Assembly (NCBI GenBank): GCA_045105515.1 | Contig: JBGCDR010000153.1 | Span: forward strand, 1-11,769 | DNA from: Oligoflexales bacterium | Lineage (GTDB): Bacteria > Bdellovibrionota_B > Oligoflexia > Oligoflexales > Bog-1112 | Direction: 5' to 3' | Length of the DNA stretch: 11,769 nucleotides | Shown here: piece after piece, positions 1-6,061 of the stretch | Numbering within the stretch: the stretch's first letter is position 1 | Layout: each line of letters begins with the position of its first letter | Program-made: the position numbers and the translations under genes | Notes under the pieces: generated by a model | What the model was told of the DNA's origin: nothing | The model's input: the letters and a program-made list of their open reading frames with translations, nothing else | The model's database searches: none

Positions 1-136
1 GTTTAATCATAGCATGTTGATATTACATATATATTATATGGCGGTTTTTTCTGTTTTTACATCATATCTTTTGCGGTTTCAGTGATTATACATGGAAAGT
101 AGGTGTTAATGGGAGCTTAATCTTCGTCTTGCCAGT
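1..136. repeat. Left arm of a perfect 136-bp inverted repeat bounding the window (possible end of an IS or other repeated element)
   Basis: 1..136 (GTTTAATCATAGCATG...TCTTCGTCTTGCCAGT) is the exact reverse complement of 11632..11767. Identity stops abruptly at 137/11631. No transposase is visible in the window, so the IS interpretation is inference. Confidence 0.97.
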
Positions 137-701
137 AATAATAGTGTGGAGCTATGAGAACGGTAGCAGCTTGACGAAAAACAGTGTTTTTAGGTTTATT
201 TGGGGCAAGTAGGATATCAAGGATTTTGGTCCCAAGCTTACTTTCAAAATTTAAAACCCCTTGATAAACCCTTTGTTCGGGTTTAAGGCTTTCTTCATAT
301 CTTTTTACATTTTCCAAGTCACTCTCTGACTTGATCATGTAAGCTTTTAATTCATTGGTTCTTAGTTTCTCAGCAGGTTGGGTTCTCTTAACTTGTTTCT
401 CTTCGGGGGGTGATTCTATGGCTTCTTCCTCAGTAGATGTAGATTCATTGTCTTCTTCTACAACAGGTGTGGAGATATTATTTTCTTCTTGTGAGGGGCT
501 TTCGATGTCTTCAGCAGCAGGTGTGGAGTCAACACCTTCTGCTAGAGATGTGGATTCTACGGCTTGTTCCTCTACAGAGATGGAATCAGTTACTTGTTGC
601 TCTGCATGTAAGGTATTTGAGAAAATCGCCATGCAAACTATAAACCAAAAGGTATTGATAATAAGTTTTGTTCTATTCCAGTAAGCATTCGCAGTGCTCA
701 T
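117..701 (-). CDS. Secreted hypothetical protein with an acidic Glu/Ser/Thr/Pro repeat linker; possibly 3'-truncated by the terminal repeat
   Basis: ORF track gives 117..746. ATG at 701 is preferred because it has an upstream GGGAG RBS and begins a signal-peptide-like segment (RTK-LIINTFWFIVCMAIFS-NTLHA|EQ). The last codons (WQDED*) lie inside the inverted repeat. Confidence 0.75.
   Translation of the reverse strand: MSTANAYWNRTKLIINTFWFIVCMAIFSNTLHAEQQVTDSISVEEQAVESTSLAEGVDSTPAAEDIESPSQEENNISTPVVEEDNESTSTEEEAIESPPEEKQVKRTQPAEKLRTNELKAYMIKSESDLENVKRYEESLKPEQRVYQGVLNFESKLGTKILDILLAPNKPKNTVFRQAATVLIAPHYYYWQDED
396..575 (-). repeat. Degenerate intragenic tandem repeat, about six units of 27-33 bp (9-11 aa)
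   Basis: Peptide units VEEQAVESTSL/AEGVDSTPA/AEDIESPSQ/EENNISTPV/VEEDNESTST/EEEAIESPP. At DNA level CAGGTGTGGAG occurs at 464..474 and 518..528, and 412..431 matches 553..572 at 18/20. Confidence 0.75.
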
Positions 702-868
702 GAGTAGTCTCCCATATACTCTATTTAATATTTGCTGCCGAAACATAGCACACTCAAAAGTGATATTCTATATGTTTTTATGGGTAGTTTTAGGTTTATT
801 TTTTACTTATTTAAAACAGATGCTTAAGGATCTTGAAATCGAGAGGATGATAGATTTTTGTTGGATTT

Positions 869-1282
869 TCAGGTGTGCCCTTGCCCATCATCTAGGATCA
901 GATCGAGGTAATACTGCTCCAATAAGCGGTGATGGTCTGCAGAAATCTGAGTGATTTGTAGGCTTAGGAGTGCCATGATAGGTTTTCTGAACTTAATTGA
1001 GTTGTTGAATTCCCTGACCAAAGGAGAGGGGGACTTCTCCATTCGGGTGATTGTTCCACAGCAGTTGATGCATTCTGACAACTTTAGAGAGCGTGGGTCA
1101 ATGCTTAACTCAATTAGGGTTTGTTCGTTAAATGGAATAGGCTTAAACGATATCGATAAGATACTTGCTGTAGAAAGACTTAAGCAATAGAAAGCATACT
1201 TGTTTTCGTTTCCAAAGGTGGAGGCCTCTAGTTCCAGCATATCTTCTAAGGAAGGGATCATTTTAGGTATTTTAAATTTCAT
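869..1282 (-). CDS. Hypothetical protein, degenerate PilZ-like domain
   Basis: 137-aa ORF with a PilZ-like beta-barrel pattern: CLSLSTASILSI (vs T-x-D/N-I-S-x-x-G), PFNEQTLIELSIDP, INCCGTITRME (vs I-x-x-x-G-x-V-V-R) and a terminal LQITQISADHHRLLEQYY helix. The RxxxR and DxSxxG motifs are absent. Recognised by eye only. Confidence 0.55.
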   Translation of the reverse strand: MKFKIPKMIPSLEDMLELEASTFGNENKYAFYCLSLSTASILSISFKPIPFNEQTLIELSIDPRSLKLSECINCCGTITRMEKSPSPLVREFNNSIKFRKPIMALLSLQITQISADHHRLLEQYYLDLILDDGQGHT

Positions 1283-1344
1283 AGAACTCTTTTGTTATAG
1301 GTGTGTATCTAATATTTTAAAGCACATCTAAATTTTTGCAAGTT

Positions 1345-3195
1345 TTAGTCCCTTACTCCCTCTACATAGGCAGTGTAAGGTTTGCCGGTATTAGAATCTA
1401 GATCTCCAGGAATGCGGTAGGTCCTTTTTCCTTTTTTCCAGTTTTCATTAAATCCATCGGTTCTGTGATTGTGGTCAGAGCCAAACCTCCACTTCCCCTT
1501 AATAAAATCCCACTTGTTTTTACAGTTCGGACAAATAACGTAATTGCATTTATCGTCTTTCATGAAAGGTTTATAACAATAAGGGCAAGGCCTTAGGTCA
1601 CTTGCCGGATCGTGCATTTTTTGGCCAAATGGATTTTTAGCAAGATATTTTTTATTATCTTCGTGAGCCTGACAATCGACACCTCGGTGATTCTCTCCGC
1701 AGCTAAAACAATAGGTAGACCCACATAAACACTGATAGTGGCCCTGATTATCACAGTCTATTTCGCGAATTAGGTTAGAACAATTAGGTGTAGAACAGTT
1801 TTTTGCTGTTGGGAACATTTCTTTAAAGTAAGCTATGTATGTTTGGAGTTCGACATCTTCTGTAAATTCTTGTAATCCAAGTTGGTGAATATCTTCTCTT
1901 GAAAAAATTTGTTCAACCCCACAGTGGTCGCAATGCAATGGATAGGCATAATCTTTGATTTGTATCTTTAAACTATCTTTAAGACAGTTGAAACATATCT
2001 TAAAAGGTTGGTCGCCAAACTTGCAATTACTATTCATGCAGCTGTGGGCATTGTGCTGGAAGGGCTCGAAGCATATGGGGCAATCATCATCACCGTTTCC
2101 TTCTGGGTGGGGCATTTTGAGATGCTCAAAGCCTTCAAATAGCTTATAAAAGTGGACCTTAGCAGTGGGAGCAGTATAACTTTCTAAGTCTAGTTTTGGC
2201 AACTGATTGTAAAGAATATTTTGAAGTTTATCCAAGATTTTTTTTTGAACCAAGTACGCAGAGAGTGCATAAATTTTTTGATCATTTATGATTTTTTTAG
2301 CGCTGAGACCTTTGGCATTTCTTTCTTCGAGATTTGCGCCCATACTGATTAGAGCCTTGGCAACACGGTAAGACTTTTGCTCGATGGCTAGATGTAAAAA
2401 GCTTTTTTGTTGCCTATCAACTTTCATACCCCGGTGAATATCTGCTCCATTTAAGATTAACAAGATCGCAATTTGATCGTTTTTTTTTAGCATCGCATTT
2501 TGTAGTGGTGATATGCCATTCACTTGTTGATTTACTTGGGCTCCAAAATTGATTGCAGTTCGCACCAAATCTGAAAGAGAATTTTCTATGGCCCATGATA
2601 GAATGCTGCTATGGGTTTTAGCCATAAAATCTTGAACTTTATTGTATTGTCCTGAATTTAGGATTTCTATGATGGTGTCTTCGCTTTTGTTTCTAAGTGC
2701 ATCTCCGATTTCTTGATAGCCAAAAATATTTTCTAGCTGGATTTTGCTCTCCTCCGAGAATACCTTCCATCCATTATCAAAAATATCTGCTTCTGATTTA
2801 GTGAGTTCTTGGGTTCCGTCGGGGAGGGAGTCAAGATTTTTCAGTAATACATCAAGTGATTGCCAATCATGGTTTTTTAATGAAATATCCCATATTTTTT
2901 CATAATCCGAATTTCGGTCACTCTGCTCACCGTGCTCAATTATAATTTCTACAGACTGTGGATGACGCTTATTTAATGCATATAAAATTGGGCTGATATC
3001 TTTATATGGATGGTGAGAATTGCTTAATTCAGGATTAAGGGATAATAGTTTATTAAGTTTGTGGTGCTTTTTTTTCTTAATATATTTGAAGACTTTGGTT
3101 TGAAGAGTGCTGGAAAAATCAAGACTCCATGCAAAGACATTTTTAGGAAGGCTAATAGATAAAACAATAAAAAACAATGATACTAGAGCCTTCAT
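1345..3195 (-). CDS. Secreted ankyrin-repeat + RING1-IBR-RING2 (RBR) E3 ubiquitin ligase-like protein
   Basis: ORF track gives 1345..3204 (GTG). ATG at 3195 follows an AAGGTG RBS and begins the signal peptide MKALVSLFFIVLSISLPKNVFA|W. Ankyrin repeats: SPILYALNKRHPQSVEIIIEHG, SILSWAIENSLSDLVRTAINFGAQVN, SPLQNAMLKKNDQIAILLILNGADIH, SFLHLAIEQKSYRVAKALISMGANLE. RING1 1921..2082 (CPIC...C..C...CFNCLKDSLKIQIK...CDHC). IBR 1672..1797 (CSTPNC...CLCGSTYCFSCGENHRGVDC). RING2 from 1587 downward (RPCPYCYKPFMKDDKCNYVICPNC). Confidence 0.88.
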   Translation of the reverse strand: MKALVSLFFIVLSISLPKNVFAWSLDFSSTLQTKVFKYIKKKKHHKLNKLLSLNPELSNSHHPYKDISPILYALNKRHPQSVEIIIEHGEQSDRNSDYEKIWDISLKNHDWQSLDVLLKNLDSLPDGTQELTKSEADIFDNGWKVFSEESKIQLENIFGYQEIGDALRNKSEDTIIEILNSGQYNKVQDFMAKTHSSILSWAIENSLSDLVRTAINFGAQVNQQVNGISPLQNAMLKKNDQIAILLILNGADIHRGMKVDRQQKSFLHLAIEQKSYRVAKALISMGANLEERNAKGLSAKKIINDQKIYALSAYLVQKKILDKLQNILYNQLPKLDLESYTAPTAKVHFYKLFEGFEHLKMPHPEGNGDDDCPICFEPFQHNAHSCMNSNCKFGDQPFKICFNCLKDSLKIQIKDYAYPLHCDHCGVEQIFSREDIHQLGLQEFTEDVELQTYIAYFKEMFPTAKNCSTPNCSNLIREIDCDNQGHYQCLCGSTYCFSCGENHRGVDCQAHEDNKKYLAKNPFGQKMHDPASDLRPCPYCYKPFMKDDKCNYVICPNCKNKWDFIKGKWRFGSDHNHRTDGFNENWKKGKRTYRIPGDLDSNTGKPYTAYVEGVRD

Positions 3196-3352
3196 AGCAT
3201 TCACCTTTTATTCCGAATTTTAATAAGTGATTAAATCACGGCTTCTCATTCTTTATAAATTTAATATATTAATTACAATAGATTTGTTGGATATGGATTA
3301 TAGAGATGATTTTTAATAAAATAGCATGGGTTTCTATAAAGCACTTTTTTAA

Positions 3353-3406
3353 GGGGATCTCTCTATTTCTCCACTTCGCTAAGCTACATGAGGTCAGTCG
3401 GGGTGA
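3353..3406. repeat. Decayed REP-like palindromic repeat remnant
   Basis: GC-richer patch GGGGATCTCTCTATTTCTCCACTTCGCTAAGCTAC...CAGTCGGGGTGA in an AT-rich spacer. It resembles the units at 10887..10926 and the reverse complement of 11041..11080 (…TCCACTCGCT…GTCGGGATGA). Confidence 0.45.
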
Positions 3407-3555
3407 ATAGGTCTGTTTGGTTCTTATTTCAAGTTTTTTGGAAGTCATTTTGATCTATTTAGATCTTATTTCTAAAAGTTTGGAGCTCATCCCGGGATTA
3501 GACGAGAAATAACCATGTTTTAAATCAGGGACAAATGTTCATGATTATTTGTATG

Positions 3556-4341
3556 CTATTTAATTTTATCAAAGTGTTCCCGCTCCATCAGAAACAGTTC
3601 ATGCATGATCTGTTCTGATAGTTCTTTCATTGCTCGGAGGCCCTTTTTTTGGCTTGTTGGCTTTATTTCTTTTATTGCGCCCGTGAACACTTCATTTTTT
3701 TTAGGAAAAAATGAAAATCTTTTTTGCTGAGCCCCTCTTAGATAGAAACAAACGACCCTAGTTTCAGGTCTTTTTTGCAGGATTTTTCCAACACCATAGG
3801 TTCCAGATTTTGGTTCAATGAGTCCGCTTCTGCTACGAGTTCCTTCAGGAAAAACCATAAAGGTATCTCCTAAGCCTAAAAGATAAAAAACTTTGGCAAA
3901 CACTTTTTGTGTTTCTTCTACAGGTCCTTTGCGAGTGATGGGGAGGCATTTTCCTATAAAGCACAAGAACCTGGAAGCCAAATTACCAGTAAAATTCTTT
4001 TTTTCAGGAAGGTTCCAAGGGAAGGCCTTGTAGTTATGGACAAAACTAAAATTAGAGCCAAGTGCCCAGGTGATAAGAAATGAATCGATCATGGTTAGAT
4101 GATTAGCACAGATCAAAAAAGCTTGCTGAGATGGTCCTTTAATCTTCGCAAACTCCCTTCTCAATTCTTTCACTTGCGGAAATCGGTATCCTAAATAAAA
4201 GTACATCCAGGCCCATATAGCGAAATAAGTAAAAATGACCAATGTGTGGCCAATAAATCTTTGATAGTGAAGCATGCATTTTTCAAGGAAGCTTACATGC
4301 TTGTTTTTTTCTCTTGCCTGCTCAGTAATGGAACGTTCCAT
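3556..4341 (-). CDS. Lysophospholipid / 1-acyl-sn-glycerol-3-phosphate acyltransferase family protein (PlsC-like)
   Basis: Catalytic NH-x4-D motif (CANHLTMID), block III FPEGTRS, PITR block and an N-terminal TM segment (TLVIFTYFAIWAWMYFYLG). ATG at 4341 with upstream AAGGACGGGA is preferred over the ORF-track start at 4425. Confidence 0.92.
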   Translation of the reverse strand: MERSITEQAREKNKHVSFLEKCMLHYQRFIGHTLVIFTYFAIWAWMYFYLGYRFPQVKELRREFAKIKGPSQQAFLICANHLTMIDSFLITWALGSNFSFVHNYKAFPWNLPEKKNFTGNLASRFLCFIGKCLPITRKGPVEETQKVFAKVFYLLGLGDTFMVFPEGTRSRSGLIEPKSGTYGVGKILQKRPETRVVCFYLRGAQQKRFSFFPKKNEVFTGAIKEIKPTSQKKGLRAMKELSEQIMHELFLMEREHFDKIK

Positions 4342-4425
4342 AGTCCCGTCCTTTTCTTGTGAGACATACATTACTATAGGAATCCCTTCTTGCCAAAAAG
4401 TCAAAAGCAAATTCGATATATTCAT

Positions 4426-4549
4426 TAGGACGAACGTTTGACTATTTGTTGAGTGTGGACTACTCTAACTAGGGACCTAAAACAAAGATGCTAAAAATTT
4501 TTAGCCAAATATATAGAACGAACGTATGAATAAAAAGAACGAACGTTTA
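4426..4549. promoter_or_regulatory. Three candidate TetR-family operator sites
   Basis: TAGGACGAACGTTTGA (4426..4441, overlapping the -35), TAGAACGAACGTATGA (4514..4529) and AAGAACGAACGTTTAA (4535..4550). All share an ACG-AA-CGT palindromic core. The last two are 21 bp apart. Confidence 0.7.
4438..4466 (+). promoter_or_regulatory. Sigma70-type promoter of the TolC-RND-TetR operon
   Basis: TTGACT (4438..4443), 17-bp spacer, TACTCT (4461..4466), about 115 bp upstream of the TolC start. Confidence 0.6.
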
Positions 4550-4581
4550 ATTTTCTCCAAGCCTCGGTGGGAGTTTTTAAG

Positions 4582-6042
4582 ATGAGACAAAAATATCTGA
4601 TGACATTAATCATTTGTTTATCTTGGGCCTTTACTTCTTTGAGCAATGTTAGAGAACTGGAGGAGTCTGATTTGCCGGAGCTGCTCAAAAAAAGCACCCA
4701 TAGCGGCCTGGCAGCAAGCAAAGCAAAAGAATCCCTCAGCCAATTTCAATCTGAATCTTTCTCTAATCAATACGATCCACTTGGGTTTATAGATGGTAGC
4801 TATGAAAGTCACACTGGCAACTGGAACCAAATCAACCCAAATGGGAAACCAAGCCCCCTTATAAACACTACTGTAGGAGTTCGCAAGAAATTAGCTTATG
4901 GAGCGCAGATTGAAGGCAGCTTTAACCAGTACAAAAACATGGTAAATATCCTAGGTAATCGCTCTTCAATTTATGGTTTTATTCCACAAATATCGGTGAG
5001 CTTAAACCTTTGGAAGAATCTAGCTGGTTCTTTCGACCAAAACCAGAAGGCTCAGCTGGAAACCCAAATTAAGATAGCTAATCTTGAGTCTCAGGTACGA
5101 AAGAGTTTATTACTCAATCAAGCAAGGATCTTATTTTGGGAGATTGCTGGAGTTGATAAACGCATGAGCATTGTCAAAAAAATGCAGGAAGCTTCACATA
5201 CCCAGGAAAGGCTTGCAAAACAGCGTCAAGCAATGTCTATCGCAGATGCCGGGGAATTAGCACTATATTCTTCTCAAAGTGCAGAACGACATGCAAGGTT
5301 GCTAAATTTAGAGTATCAGCGTAGTGCTCTTGTAGAAGCACTTTCACAGGTAATCCCTAGCTTGGAAGGAAAAGAGATAGTTATAGCATCCGGTAAGGTC
5401 GACGCTGTCAGTGAGCAGGTCTTTGCTTGCACTAAAATAATTAAGAGTCATCCCAAAGCTCCTATCAAGTTTTCCATTTATGAGGGTTTGATAAAGTTAT
5501 TAGAAGAAAAACTTACTTTTGACCAGCAGCTAAATAAGTCCTATCTGCAAGGAGACCTAAGTTTGACAGGGGTGTACTCTCGAACTGGGAGTGAGGGTCA
5601 ATATGCAGATGCTGTAAGCGACTCATGGGATTCTAATCGTAATACCAGTAAACTATTTCTTAATTTTTCATATCCTCTGGGTGAACGTCAAAAAGCTTAT
5701 GATTATAAGCAGGCAGCAGATATGCTAGGTTTTCAATCCCAAAAGTCAGATTGGGAGCTAAGACTTGCTGCAAAACATCAGCATATGTTGAAGTCTGTCG
5801 ACTATCTGCTGCAGGCTGTTCAGGCTCAGAAGATGAATGCTCAGTATCTCAGAACGAGCCTCAAATCAGTAGAAAAAAAGTATGCACAAGCTCGGCTTGA
5901 CGTTTACCAACTCATTGGTGAGCAAGAGCGTAGTCTTAGTAATGATCTTGCGATGATCGATACCCAACTACAAATTGTGAAAGCAGTATTAGAATATTTA
6001 AGTTTGTTTTCAGAGTTTCCATGCAAATTTAATCAACTATAG
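4582..6042 (+). CDS. TolC-family outer membrane efflux protein
   Basis: Signal peptide MRQKYLMTLIICLSWAFTSLS. Two repeats of beta-strands followed by long helices (PQISVSLNLW; LFLNFSYPLG; EKKYAQARLDVYQLIGEQ, vs the TolC-type 'Y..G......L....' motif). It lies directly upstream of an RND gene. GGGAG RBS precedes ATG 4582 (ORF track start 4567). Confidence 0.85.
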   Translation: MRQKYLMTLIICLSWAFTSLSNVRELEESDLPELLKKSTHSGLAASKAKESLSQFQSESFSNQYDPLGFIDGSYESHTGNWNQINPNGKPSPLINTTVGVRKKLAYGAQIEGSFNQYKNMVNILGNRSSIYGFIPQISVSLNLWKNLAGSFDQNQKAQLETQIKIANLESQVRKSLLLNQARILFWEIAGVDKRMSIVKKMQEASHTQERLAKQRQAMSIADAGELALYSSQSAERHARLLNLEYQRSALVEALSQVIPSLEGKEIVIASGKVDAVSEQVFACTKIIKSHPKAPIKFSIYEGLIKLLEEKLTFDQQLNKSYLQGDLSLTGVYSRTGSEGQYADAVSDSWDSNRNTSKLFLNFSYPLGERQKAYDYKQAADMLGFQSQKSDWELRLAAKHQHMLKSVDYLLQAVQAQKMNAQYLRTSLKSVEKKYAQARLDVYQLIGEQERSLSNDLAMIDTQLQIVKAVLEYLSLFSEFPCKFNQL

Positions 6043-6061
6043 TCCTAGAAGGAGGATTAAA

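Noticed and set aside
355..684. 109-aa Ser-rich + strand ORF
   Set aside because: Antisense shadow of the acidic repeat gene (GAA codons read as TCT/TTC on the other strand), with no independent coding evidence.
694..1190. + strand ORFs 694..954 and 951..1190
   Set aside because: Short, overlap better-supported minus-strand genes and have no recognisable motifs.
1955..2149. 64-aa + strand ORF
   Set aside because: Antisense to RING1 of the RBR gene.
3055..3084. Basic stretch KYIKKKKHHK as a nuclear localisation signal
   Set aside because: It may simply be the first helix of a degenerate ankyrin repeat, and Lys runs are common in AT-rich genes. Not supportable.
3227..3239. Palindrome GTGATT-A-AATCAC upstream of the RBR gene as a CRP/FNR site
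   Set aside because: The GTGA-TCAC spacer is 5 bp rather than 6, it occurs once, and a dyad this short in AT-rich DNA can arise by chance.
4426..4550. ACGAACGT repeats as CRISPR repeats or iterons
   Set aside because: Too short, irregularly spaced and with no cas or rep gene. Their position around a promoter fits operators better.
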